Assembly (NCBI GenBank): GCA_965223415.1
Contig: OZ245002.1
Coordinates: 5,088,001 to 5,152,000 of the forward strand
DNA from: Myxococcota bacterium
GTDB taxonomy: Bacteria; Myxococcota_A; UBA9160; UBA6930
DNA length: 64,000 nucleotides
Direction of reading: 5' to 3'
Part shown: piece after piece, positions 40,033 through 49,817 of the stretch
Layout of the letters: each line of letters starts with the position of its first letter
Numbering within the stretch: position 1 is the first letter of the stretch
Program-made: the position numbers and the translations under genes
Notes under the pieces: model-generated
What the model saw: the letters and a program-made list of their open reading frames with translations, nothing else
Databases searched by the model: none
What the model was told of the DNA's origin: nothing

Positions 40033-41205
40033 CTACTCCTCGGGCAGGGCCTCGGTGGGAAGCTGGATCTCGGCCTGGCCGGCGGCCATCACCGCGTCCT
40101 TCTGATTGGTCATCGTCACCTCGACGGTGGCGATCGGCAGGCCCGTCTCCGGCTGCTCCTGCACGTCGGTGACGGCGCCGTTCAGGTAGGTCATGTCGCC
40201 GAGGAGCGCCGGCGAGCGGTAGGACATGTTGCTGTGCAGCACCCGCCCCCACTCGCCGACCCAGTTCGTCAGGTAGTCGAGCACCCACGCGCCCATCGAC
40301 GCCCCGTAGCCGTAGCCGCGGGGCATGCCGATCAGCTGGGCGTAGCGATCCTGCACGTGGCCCCGGGAAGGCCCGTAGTAGAGCCCGTCGCTGTAGGTGG
40401 GATCCACCTTCGCGCCCTCCAGGTCCCGTGACATCTCCGGCAGCCAGCCTGCCCGCCACAGGGAGGTGGGACCGCCGCTCGCGCGGAAGGTGCCCCAGAC
40501 CGTGAACGGGTAGGAGCGCCACTCGGTCGTGAAACTCATCACCGTGTGCGGACCGATGGGACGGGTCGGCAGGGTGTCGCCGGCCTTCACGAAGAGCCGC
40601 CGGTCGTGCGCCAGATCGAGGAAGCTCTGGTAGTAGTCGAACTTCTGCTTCTCGATCTCCCGCAGCTCGTCGTCGTTCCAGGTCGTCGTCGGGTCCTCCA
40701 TGAACTGGCCCTTCTCCCGGGCCAGGTCCGCGCGGTAGCGGATGGAGGTGGAACGCTGCTTGCAGACGATCTCGCCCCGCTGGTTCACGTAGGTCGTGTC
40801 GCCCCGGGAGAACATGGTGGGGCCCGCGAACTTCGTCTCCGTGACCTTGTAGTCGAAGAGCATGCGCTCGTGGCGGAAGGAGTCGCCGGGGTAGATGCGC
40901 GGCCCGTAGAACCACCACTCGTCGCCGCCGAAGAGCATGTGGGTTCCCGGGATGTGCCCTTGGATGGCCGGCGCCGCCCCGTGGCTGTCGTCGGTGCACA
41001 CCGCATAGGACTGGGGCGCCACCAGCTCGCCGTAGCGACCCTCCTCCGCGTACTCCTCGTCGTAGTAGAGCGGGTTCGGGTTCTGCATGCCCTGGGCCCA
41101 GCGCCGCAGATCGTTCGGGTGGATCGGGTCCTTGGGCTCGCCCCCCCCCAAAGGCACCCCGATCCACCGGTCGACGTCGGTCGTGTCGAAGTCGTGAGCC
41201 GCCAT
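40033..41205 (-). CDS. MaoC-like double-hotdog dehydratase
   Basis: NPNPLYYDEEYA and GELVAP motifs plus a second hotdog GH...YA...G motif; ATG 41205 with a GGAGG RBS. Confidence 0.8.
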   Translation of the reverse strand: MAAHDFDTTDVDRWIGVPLGGGEPKDPIHPNDLRRWAQGMQNPNPLYYDEEYAEEGRYGELVAPQSYAVCTDDSHGAAPAIQGHIPGTHMLFGGDEWWFYGPRIYPGDSFRHERMLFDYKVTETKFAGPTMFSRGDTTYVNQRGEIVCKQRSTSIRYRADLAREKGQFMEDPTTTWNDDELREIEKQKFDYYQSFLDLAHDRRLFVKAGDTLPTRPIGPHTVMSFTTEWRSYPFTVWGTFRASGGPTSLWRAGWLPEMSRDLEGAKVDPTYSDGLYYGPSRGHVQDRYAQLIGMPRGYGYGASMGAWVLDYLTNWVGEWGRVLHSNMSYRSPALLGDMTYLNGAVTDVQEQPETGLPIATVEVTMTNQKDAVMAAGQAEIQLPTEALPEE

Positions 41206-41235
41206 GGAGCCTCCGCTGGGGAACCCGGGTAGTAT

Positions 41236-41250
41236 TTGACGGACCGTCAA
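41236..41250. promoter_or_regulatory. Putative TetR operator, second copy
   Basis: TTGACGGACCGTCAA, located between divergent operons. Confidence 0.7.
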
Positions 41251-41276
41251 CTCGGTCAAGGGCTAGCATCGCCGCC

Positions 41277-41750
41277 ATGAGCTCGATCCAACGCTTCTCG
41301 CATCTGGGCCTGTGCGTGGCCGCGCTCGAGCCCGCGCGCCGCTTCTACGTCGACGCCCTGGGATTCGCCGAGGAGAGCGAGCTGCAGGTGAAAGGCGAGC
41401 CGACCGACAGCCTGCTCGGCCTGCGCGATACGGAGCTGCACGCGGTGTACCTCACCCGCGACGGCTTCCGCCTGGAGCTGCTCCACTACGCGAGGCCGGG
41501 GCACGAGGCCGCCCCGCGGCCCCGCCCGATGAACCAGCTGGGGCTCACCCATCTCTCGCTGCGGGTCGCCGACCTGGACGAGGTATTGGTCCGGGTCGCC
41601 GCGTCCGGCGGCGAGGTGCTCGCCGGGACGCGGATCGCGATGGGTCCTTCCGCCGCGGCCTTCGTCCTCGACCCCGACGGCACGCGCATCGAGCTCGTCC
41701 AGGCGCCCGGCGACCCTGCGAGCCCGCCGTCCGCCGGAGGTTCGCGATGA
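41277..41750 (+). CDS. VOC/glyoxalase family protein
   Basis: FSHLGLCV, GLTHLSLRV and DPDGTRIELV motifs. Confidence 0.88.
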   Translation: MSSIQRFSHLGLCVAALEPARRFYVDALGFAEESELQVKGEPTDSLLGLRDTELHAVYLTRDGFRLELLHYARPGHEAAPRPRPMNQLGLTHLSLRVADLDEVLVRVAASGGEVLAGTRIAMGPSAAAFVLDPDGTRIELVQAPGDPASPPSAGGSR

Positions 41751-43390
41751 GTCTGCCCGAGCCGTGCTCGATGCCCGCCTTCGTGCGCGCCCAGGCCGCG
41801 CACCACGGCGATCGTCCCTTCGTCTCCCTCGGCGAGCAGCGCCTCACCTACGCCCAGCTCGAAGCCCGCTCGCGACGCTGGGCCCGGGGGCTCCTGGCCC
41901 GCGGCGTCGGAAAGGGCACGCGGATCGGCCTGCTCATGCCCAACGGTCCCGACTGGGTGACGGCCTGGATCGCCGCGACCCGCATCGGGGCCCTGCTCGT
42001 CCCGCTGAACACCTTCTACCAGGCCCGCGAGCTCGGCTGGGTGCTGGCCCACGCCGATGTCGACACCCTGCTCTGCGTCGACCGCTTTCTCCGCAACGAC
42101 TACCTGGAGCGCCTCGAGCAGTTCGCTCCCGAGCTGGCACGCGCAGAGGCGGCACCGCTCCACCTCGAAGCCCTGCCCTACCTGCGCCGGGTCCTGGTGG
42201 CGGGAGAGCTGCGCCGGCCCTGGGCACGGCCCCTCGCAGAGCTGGAGGCGCAGGCGGAGGCGGTGCCCGAGACCCTCCTGGAGGCGGTGGAGGCCCAGGT
42301 GACTCCCGCCGACCCGATGATCGTGATCTACAGCTCCGGCAGCACGGCAGATCCCAAAGGCGCCGTGCACACCCACGGCACCGTCATCCGCCACGCCCAC
42401 AACCTGAACCAGTTCCGTGATCTCCGGGCCAGCGACCGCATGTACTCGCCGATGCCGTTCTTCTGGGTCGGCGGCTTCCTCTTCACCCTGGCCTCGGTGA
42501 TGCACGTCGGCGCCGCACTCCTGTGCGAGGAGGTGTTCGAGCCCGGACCCACCCTGGAGCTCCTGGAGCGCGAGCGCGCCACCCTCGTCACCGGCTGGCC
42601 CCACTACAGCAAGGCTCTGGCGGACCACCCGACCTTCTCGCAGCGGGACCTCTCGGCCGTACGCGGCGGCAACCTCTACGACCTGCTGCCCGAAGGCCAG
42701 CGCCCGGCGGACCTCGAGCTCCGCTCCAACTCTCTCGGCATGACCGAGACCTGCGGGCCCCACACGATGGACCCGATGGACCAGACCCTGCCCGAAAAGC
42801 TGCGCGGCTCCTTCGGCCACGCGGTGCCGGGCGTCGAGCACAAGGTGGTCGATGCGGAGACCGGTGCGGTGCTCGGGGCCGACGCCTCCGGCGAGATCTG
42901 CGTGCGCGGCTACTCCGTCATGCAGGGCCTCTACAAGCAAGAGCGCGAGGAGGTCTTCGACCGCGACGGCTTCTACCACACCGGAGACGGCGGGCGCTTC
43001 ACCGCCGACGGCGTCCTCTTCTTCGAGGCGCGCCTCGGCGACATGATCAAGACCGCCGGCGCGAACGTGACCCCGCGGGAGGTCGAGGTCGTGCTCGAGG
43101 GCCTTCCGGGGGTGCGCTCGGCCTTCGTCGTGGGCGTGCCACACCCGGACCGGGGCGAGAACGTCGCCGCGGTCGTCGTGCCGAAGGAAGGCGAGAGCCC
43201 GGCGGCCGACGCGCTCCACAGCGCCCTGCGAAACGAGCTCTCCGCCTACAAGGTGCCGCGCCACCTGTGGCTGGCCGGTGCCGACGACGTGCCGATGACC
43301 GACAGCGGCAAGGTCGACAAGAAGCGCCTGCGGGCGGAGCTCGCCGCGCGCATCGAGGCGGGCGACACCGGCGAGCCCCCGCGCACGTGA
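41747..43390 (+). CDS. Acyl-CoA ligase (class I adenylate-forming)
   Basis: YSSGSTADPKG, GMTET and IKTAGANVTPREVE motifs. Confidence 0.9.
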   Translation: MSLPEPCSMPAFVRAQAAHHGDRPFVSLGEQRLTYAQLEARSRRWARGLLARGVGKGTRIGLLMPNGPDWVTAWIAATRIGALLVPLNTFYQARELGWVLAHADVDTLLCVDRFLRNDYLERLEQFAPELARAEAAPLHLEALPYLRRVLVAGELRRPWARPLAELEAQAEAVPETLLEAVEAQVTPADPMIVIYSSGSTADPKGAVHTHGTVIRHAHNLNQFRDLRASDRMYSPMPFFWVGGFLFTLASVMHVGAALLCEEVFEPGPTLELLERERATLVTGWPHYSKALADHPTFSQRDLSAVRGGNLYDLLPEGQRPADLELRSNSLGMTETCGPHTMDPMDQTLPEKLRGSFGHAVPGVEHKVVDAETGAVLGADASGEICVRGYSVMQGLYKQEREEVFDRDGFYHTGDGGRFTADGVLFFEARLGDMIKTAGANVTPREVEVVLEGLPGVRSAFVVGVPHPDRGENVAAVVVPKEGESPAADALHSALRNELSAYKVPRHLWLAGADDVPMTDSGKVDKKRLRAELAARIEAGDTGEPPRT

Positions 43391-43403
43391 CCCACCCCAC
43401 GTC

Positions 43404-44585
43404 GTGAGCACCTACCGATGGTTCACGGCGGGCGTCGCCTCCTGGTTCACCGCCTGGGGCATGAACGCCCTGGTCTTCAGCTGGCTCGTGGTGGGCGTCC
43501 TCGAGGCGGAGCCGCGTTGGGTGGGGATCGCCCAGACCTCGACGCTCCTGCCCTCGCTTTTCCTGCTCCTGTTCGGCGGCGCCGTCGCCGACCGGCTCGA
43601 CCCCCGGCGTCTGCTGATCGGTCTGCACCTGGCCGCAGCGCTGCCGATCCTGGCCCTGGCCGGCGTCGTGCAGGTCGGCGCCCTCACCCTGCCCTTGCTG
43701 CTCGGCTACGGTGCGGTGCTCGGCTCCTTCTCCGCCTTCGTGATGCCGAGCCGGGACGCCCTGCTCTCCCGGGTCGCCGGCGGCGACATGATGCGAGCCG
43801 TGACCGGCATGACCGTCTTCCAGTTCGGCGGCCAGGCCCTGGGCACGCTCCTGGCCGGTCGGGCGGAGGCCGTGGGGGTCGTGGCCGTGCTAGTCGCCCA
43901 GGCGATCATCGTGGCCCTGGGCGCCGGCGCCACCGGCTTCCTCACCGAACGTCCACCTCGGACGGATGACGCCCAGGACGGCTCGGCGCTCGCACGGATC
44001 CGCGCCGGCCTCGGCATCGTGGCGCGCACGCCGGAGCTGCGCACGCCGGTGGCGCTGGTGTTCCTGGTGGGCGTCCTCTTCATCGGCCCGTACCTGGTGC
44101 TCTTCCCGCTCCTCGTCCGGGATCGCTACGCCGGCGGCGCCCAGGAGCTGGCCTTCGTGCTCATGACCTTCCCCCTCGGCACGATCCTGGGCTCACTGGT
44201 TCTGCGGGCCCGCGGCGGCATCCGGCGCAAGGGCCGAGCGCTGCTCCTGGCCCTCGCCGCCGGCGCGACCACCCTCGTCGTGATGGGTACCGGCCTCTCC
44301 TTTCCGGGCATGGTGCTCGCCGCCCTCTTCTGGGGGCTCGCCGGATCGGTCTTCATCAACACGAGTCGCACCCTCGTGCAAGAAGCGGCGCCGGCAGAGG
44401 CAAGGGGTCGCGTGCTGGCCGCCTATCAGGTCGGTTTCGTGGGCGGTGGCCCGATCGGGACCCTGCTGGCGGGCATCGTGGCGGAGCGCGTCGGCCCCCT
44501 CGCGACGCTCACGGCAGCGGGCGGTGCGATGCTCGTGTGCGTCCTCGCAGTCGCCGTGTTCAGCGGCGCGCGGGAGATGCAGTAG
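43404..44585 (+). CDS. MFS transporter
   Basis: GAVADRLDPRR motif A; about 12 TM segments. Confidence 0.88.
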   Translation: MSTYRWFTAGVASWFTAWGMNALVFSWLVVGVLEAEPRWVGIAQTSTLLPSLFLLLFGGAVADRLDPRRLLIGLHLAAALPILALAGVVQVGALTLPLLLGYGAVLGSFSAFVMPSRDALLSRVAGGDMMRAVTGMTVFQFGGQALGTLLAGRAEAVGVVAVLVAQAIIVALGAGATGFLTERPPRTDDAQDGSALARIRAGLGIVARTPELRTPVALVFLVGVLFIGPYLVLFPLLVRDRYAGGAQELAFVLMTFPLGTILGSLVLRARGGIRRKGRALLLALAAGATTLVVMGTGLSFPGMVLAALFWGLAGSVFINTSRTLVQEAAPAEARGRVLAAYQVGFVGGGPIGTLLAGIVAERVGPLATLTAAGGAMLVCVLAVAVFSGAREMQ

Positions 44586-46341
44586 GGCCCGCGCTCCAGC
44601 GGCGACCCAGCAGGGCGTCCGGCGCGCGCCGTGCCGGGGCAATCGCCACGGCACGCCCGCCGAGCTCGATGCGCGCCGCGCTGCCGGCGGCGAGGCGCGG
44701 CACCTCCAGGCGGGCGGGTCTCGGATCGTCCCCGAAGACCTCGACGACCAGCCCCTCCAACGGCCGTGCGTCCCGGTTCACGATGCGAAGGGCGCCGCCC
44801 TCCGCCGCCTCGAGCTCGACCCGCGAGCGCTGCGCGACCCAGCGCACCGCTTCGCCCGCCGTCGCCCGCCAGGCGTCCCGGCGCAGATCGTCCCGGAGCA
44901 CCGGGGCCAGGGCCTCGCGGTGGGAGGTCGCGGCCAGGCCCTGTCCCGAGAGCACCAGCAGGTGGAGACCACCCAGGGCACGCATCCGCCGCAGGTCCCG
45001 CTGGGCCTGGCGAGGCGCCACCCGCTGGCGGGCGGTCCGGTCGTGGGCGGCGGCCGCCCGTGAGACCAACGCCATCGGGAGGCCCTCCGCCGAGACCCAG
45101 CGCGGGTAGGCGCGGTCGAAGGCCGGGTCACCGACGACGTAGGCGTAGCCCGCCGTCGCCGCCTCGTGGAGGGTCAGGGCATCGAACTGCTCGCGAGGCA
45201 CGCGCAGGCCCCTGACCGGTCGCGGGTGGAGCCCGCCGATCGCCGCCCGGCTCTCCGAGAGCTTCTGCTGCTGGTGGATGCGTGTGCCGCCGTCGAATAG
45301 GGTGCGCCGGTCGCCCCGGGAGCCGAGCTCTGCGCTCGCGCGCAGGCGGGTCCTCAGGCGCCCCTCGGCGCGGACGACGTCGCTGTAGACGAACACGGTG
45401 GCACGCGGCTCCAGCGCTGCAGCGGCCTCGACCGCGGCCAGCACCTCGTCCTCGTCACCGTGGGTATCGATGCCGACGACGGAGGCGAAGCGCTGCGCCT
45501 CGGGCCACGGCGCGAGCGCGACCACGTCGTCTCCCGCCACCCACTGCAGGGCAAGACTCCGCAGGCGATCCAGCTCGGCGCGAGAGCCCTCCACCGCATG
45601 GGTGGCCGGGAACCCGAACCAGGCGCGGCGGGAGGCGCCCCCGTCGAGCGCCGCTGCGGGCTGCCAGGCGCCGAGCGGGTCCGGCGACGGGCGCAGCTGC
45701 CAGCTGCTCCACCAGAGCACCGGGTCGCCGCTCTCGTGGGTGTAGGCCGGCGAGTCCAGCGGGATCTCCAGCCGGCGTCCCGGATCGAGGGGAGCCGCCG
45801 GCGCGCTGCGTCCGGCCGGGACCACGAACAGAGCCTCGGCGCCGAAGGGACGGGGCGCCGCATCGGCGAGGCCGGCCGCACCGGTGAGGATCACGCCTCC
45901 GCCGGCGGCGGCGAAGCGATCGATCGCCCGGCGCTCCCCCGGTGCCAGACACAGCACCCAGGGAACGACGATCGCGTCGATCGTCCCCGGCCGAGCGGGG
46001 ATGCGTCGGGCGTTGCCCAGCTCGGTCGCGATACCGACGGCCTCCGCCAGCCCGCGCCAGCGCTCGGTCTGGGACCACAGGTCGAAGCCCCGCTCGGTCG
46101 CGCAGGCGATGTTGCTCGCGGGCTGCACGATCCGCACGCGGCGCGCGGGCCCCCTGCGCCAGGGCGGCGCGGTACCCTGCTCGGCGGTGGGAATGGACGC
46201 CACCTCCATCGCCGGGAACAGGTTGCGCAGGGTCCAGAGATAGGCGAGGCCGCCGCTGGCCATCAGCAGCACGAGGCTCGCCACCAGCAGCGCGTAGTAG
46301 AAGGGAATCCGTCCGCGCGGGTCTCCTTCGGTTCGCTCCAC
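44560..46341 (-). CDS. Membrane-anchored protein with GATase-like and degenerate polysaccharide-deacetylase-like domains
   Basis: N-terminal TM. LAPWPEA...VVGID, ATVFV, ELGSRG and GLRVPRE align with a NodB fold but lack the metal-binding His residues. Confidence 0.6.
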   Translation of the reverse strand: MERTEGDPRGRIPFYYALLVASLVLLMASGGLAYLWTLRNLFPAMEVASIPTAEQGTAPPWRRGPARRVRIVQPASNIACATERGFDLWSQTERWRGLAEAVGIATELGNARRIPARPGTIDAIVVPWVLCLAPGERRAIDRFAAAGGGVILTGAAGLADAAPRPFGAEALFVVPAGRSAPAAPLDPGRRLEIPLDSPAYTHESGDPVLWWSSWQLRPSPDPLGAWQPAAALDGGASRRAWFGFPATHAVEGSRAELDRLRSLALQWVAGDDVVALAPWPEAQRFASVVGIDTHGDEDEVLAAVEAAAALEPRATVFVYSDVVRAEGRLRTRLRASAELGSRGDRRTLFDGGTRIHQQQKLSESRAAIGGLHPRPVRGLRVPREQFDALTLHEAATAGYAYVVGDPAFDRAYPRWVSAEGLPMALVSRAAAAHDRTARQRVAPRQAQRDLRRMRALGGLHLLVLSGQGLAATSHREALAPVLRDDLRRDAWRATAGEAVRWVAQRSRVELEAAEGGALRIVNRDARPLEGLVVEVFGDDPRPARLEVPRLAAGSAARIELGGRAVAIAPARRAPDALLGRRWSAGPTASPARR

Positions 46342-46344
46342 GGT

Positions 46345-46572
46345 CTAGGCCTCGGGGTCTCCGCTCGGCTCCTCGACGGACGCGCCGCCGCCCCGCTGAT
46401 AGCGGCGGAACACGCGCGGCGGCGCTTCCTCCTCCGGCGCCACCCGTCCGGCGCGGGCGCGCTTCTGGTCCCGGAGTTTGTAGGCTGCGTAGGAGCCGAA
46501 CGCGAGGATGATCGTGACGATCGTCGTGGCCATGATCACGGTCGACAGGATCGGGATGAGGTCGAACTTCAC
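46345..46572 (-). CDS. Small single-TM protein, possible synthase partner
   Basis: 75 aa with one TM and a basic tail, directly after the GT2 gene. Confidence 0.7.
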   Translation of the reverse strand: MKFDLIPILSTVIMATTIVTIILAFGSYAAYKLRDQKRARAGRVAPEEEAPPRVFRRYQRGGGASVEEPSGDPEA

Positions 46573-46573
46573 G

Positions 46574-47884
46574 TCAGATGCGCCCCTTTCGCTCGAGCTT
46601 TCCCCAACTCATCTGGCGGCCCATCAGCTCCTCCAGCGTGGCCATCACCTTGCACACGTCGATCACGACGATGAAGAAGACCCGATAGTAGATGGCGTAG
46701 AACGCCAGCTTCAGGTCCTCTTCCTCGATCGCCACACAGAAGAGCGCCGCCGCCACGTCGAGGATCGTGAGCTGCGTCCACCAGAAGAACAGCAGCTCCG
46801 TCATGCCGTACTTGACGCCCACGATGACGAAGAAGGCGTTGGCGAAGATGTTCATCGCGGGCCAGATCAGCCCCTCGAACACCATGTACCAGAGGATCAG
46901 GCTGTTGGCGGGCGTGGCCCACGGCCGCCAGAGCAGCCGCGAGTGCTTCTTGATCGCCTGGAGGATTCCCCGCGTCCAGCGGTAGCGCTGCTTGAGCAGG
47001 TCGAGCAGGTCTTCGGGCGCCTCCGTCAGCGCGACGCAGCGCCGCTCGTAGACGACCTTGAAGCCCTCGAGGAGCAGCTTGAGGGTGAGGTCGCAATCTT
47101 CCGCGTAGGTGTCGTGCTCGTAGAGGCCCACATGGAAGAGCGCGGACTTGCGGAACATCCCGATCGGCCCGGGAATGATGTTCACCATGCGAAAGAAGCC
47201 CTGGGCCTTGCGGGCCATGTTCAGGCCTTCGATGTACTCGAGGGCCTGGAGCTTCGAGATCATGTTCGATCGGTTCACCACCTTCACGTTGCCGGCGACG
47301 GCCGCAATGTTCGGATCGAGGAAGTGTTTGACGCCCTCGCGCACCGTGTCCCGCGTGAGCTTCGAGTCGCCGTCCATGCAGAGCACGATCGAACCGCGCG
47401 CGGAGCGGATGCCCTGATTGAGCGCCCGGCTCTTGCCGCCGTTCGGCTTGCGGATCACCCGCACCTCGGCGCCGCCCGCCTGCTTGCCCGCCAGCTGGTT
47501 CGCCTTGCGGTAGGTGTCGTCGGTCGAGCCGTCGTCGATGACGAGGATCTCGTAGTTCGGGTAGTCGAGCTCGAGGAGCGAGCGGATCGAGCTCTGGACG
47601 ACGGCGCCCTCGTTGTAACAGGGCACGATGATCGTGACCATCGGGTACTGCCGCATGTCCGGCAGGGCCTGGTCCTCGAGCTGATCCAGGTAGGAGAACC
47701 ACAAGAGGCCGAGGTAACGGATGACCAGTAGGACGAGGAAGCCGAAGAGCACCACCACCGAGACCTGGACGAAGGCGTCCTCCAGCACGAGGCGCTTGGA
47801 GAGCACCTGGCGGTAGAGCACGACGCTCAGCGTGATCAGAGCGACGGCGAGGACGACCAGGCCCGCGGTGTAGCGATGCTTCAC
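46574..47884 (-). CDS. Processive GT2 glycosyltransferase (PgaC/IcaA-like synthase)
   Basis: DDGSTD, NGGKSRALN, DGD, AED and QRYRW motifs with N- and C-terminal TMs; no PilZ domain seen. Confidence 0.9.
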   Translation of the reverse strand: MKHRYTAGLVVLAVALITLSVVLYRQVLSKRLVLEDAFVQVSVVVLFGFLVLLVIRYLGLLWFSYLDQLEDQALPDMRQYPMVTIIVPCYNEGAVVQSSIRSLLELDYPNYEILVIDDGSTDDTYRKANQLAGKQAGGAEVRVIRKPNGGKSRALNQGIRSARGSIVLCMDGDSKLTRDTVREGVKHFLDPNIAAVAGNVKVVNRSNMISKLQALEYIEGLNMARKAQGFFRMVNIIPGPIGMFRKSALFHVGLYEHDTYAEDCDLTLKLLLEGFKVVYERRCVALTEAPEDLLDLLKQRYRWTRGILQAIKKHSRLLWRPWATPANSLILWYMVFEGLIWPAMNIFANAFFVIVGVKYGMTELLFFWWTQLTILDVAAALFCVAIEEEDLKLAFYAIYYRVFFIVVIDVCKVMATLEELMGRQMSWGKLERKGRI

Positions 47885-49817
47885 GGCGCCACCGGGAACC
47901 GATAGCGAAGGCCCACCTGCACGAAGTCCGACTCGTAGACGAGCCCCGACCGCACGGACTGATAGTGGTCGTAGCGAAGGGAGAAGCGCAGGCGCTCGTT
48001 CAGCTCCCACAGCAGCTCCGGGTTGATGCGCCAGCTGAGGCCGGAGCTCCCATCCGAATGGATGCGGCCGTACTCGCCGGTCAGCACCAGGTAGAACCGG
48101 TCCCAGAGCCGCTTCTTGAGCCGCAGGCCGAGTGCGTAGGTGAGCAGGTCCTGGGGCGAGTAGTAGAGGGGCGAGGTCTCGCTGTAGTCCCCGACGGAGC
48201 CGACGGCGAGCAGGTCGACCTCGAGCGGGCGCTCGACGAGGGTCAGGCCCAGGACGCTCCGCACGGTCCAGAAGCTGGGGGAGTCCGAATAGCGACCGAC
48301 CTCGGCGCGGGTCCAGCTCGTGAAGCGCTCGCCGTCGTACATGTGCACCAGGAAAGCGGTCGAACGCTCCACGCCCTCCAGCCCGCTCTCGATCGAGTGC
48401 ACCTCGGGGAACGCGTCGCCGTGGCGGAGGTCGAGCTGGAGCGCGTGGCGGTAGCCGAGCCAGCGCGTCGCGAAGACCCGCAGGCGCGGTGAGAGCCCGA
48501 CGCCGCCATAGCGGACCGCGCCCAGCTCCCCGCCCCACTCGAAGCGCTCGTCGGCCCGCTCGGAGAAGCCGACGCGGAAACCGTAGGCGTCGACCCGCTC
48601 GCCCGCATGCTCGGCCCGGGGCGTGTCCAGGCGAAGCGACCAGCGCTGGCCCGGTCGGGGCGTGTACAGGCCCTCGCTCTCGGTGGTCCACACCGAGAGG
48701 CCGTCATTGTCCTGGAACCACGAGAAGGCCGGCTCGGCGGAGGGCGAAGCCAGCAGGGCCAGGTGGGCGAGCTGGCGCTTGGCTTCCGCGTGGTCCGGGT
48801 CTTCGGCAAGGATGCCGCGGTACACGTCGTCGGCGAGACGATGGGCGCCGGACCAGGCGTGGACGTTGCCGAGCCCGACTCGGGCGCGGTGGTCGTCGGG
48901 CTGCTCTGCGATCAGCGCCTCGAGCTGGCGGCGGGCCGGACCGTACCGGCCGCGCCAGCTCGTCATCTCCGCCAGCTCGGTCCGCAGCAGGCGGTCTTCG
49001 GGTCGGGCCTCGAGGAGCTCCTGGTAGAGCATCTGGGCCTCGGCGTATCTTGCGCTCCAGGCGTGGAAGCGCGCCAGGTGGAGACGCGCCTCGTCGTCCT
49101 CCGGGTGCTCGCGAAGGTGCCGGCGCAGCAGGCGCCGCGCCTCCGCGTAGTGGCCCTCCTGTCCCAGCCGGATGCCGAGCGTGCGGGGCGAACGCTGATC
49201 GCGTTGCACCGCCTCGAGCTGGGTCCGGGCCCCCTCGTGGTCGGGATGATCGGCGAGCACCGCTTCCAGCTCCCGGGCCGCGTCGTCCAGGGCGCCGTCG
49301 CCATGATAGCCGCGGGCCCGCGCGACCCGGAAGGCGGGCTCGTCGGGGAAGTGCTGGAGGCCGAAGAGCAGCCAGCGGCTGGCCAGGTCCGGCCGCTCGG
49401 CAGCCCGCATCACCTCGACGGTCTCCGCCAGCACCTCGGGCTCGTCCCGGAAGAACGGCGCCGCGAGCACGTAGTGGGAGAGCGCGGTGCCGCCGTCGCC
49501 CAGGTAGTAGTGGGCGCGGCCGAGGGACAGCCGCGCCTCGCCGTCCCCGGGCGCATCGGCGACGACCGCCTGGAGGGTCGGGATCGCGTCGAGCTCCCTG
49601 CCTGCCCAGAGCTGGGTCAGGCCGAGCTCGCGCCGGAGGGTGGCGTCTCCGGGCTGCTCGGCGAGGAGCGTCTCGTACAGCGCGATCGAATCGTCGTAGT
49701 CGCCGGACCAGGCCAGCTCCCGAGCCCGCTCGTGACGCGGCGCCACCTCGGCCTCGGCGCTTCCGGCGGCGGTCGCGAGGAGCAGGAGGGCCAGCAGGAG
49801 GGGGGAGCGGCTCTCAT
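47881..49817 (-). CDS. TPR plus outer-membrane beta-barrel export protein (PgaA/PelB/BcsC-like); ATG out of frame at a C6 tract
   Basis: Signal-like LLLALLLLATAAGSAEA, TPRs with the ARxxAW motif and barrel end VGLRYRF. ATG 49817 is in a different frame from the body. Confidence 0.75.

Noticed and set aside
38354..41278. 974-aa ligase fusion (also the extended ORFs 34070-36748, 33486-35477, 15089-17428, 46574-48691)
   Set aside because: The N-terminal extensions are alternative-frame readthrough over neighbouring genes; internal starts are better supported.
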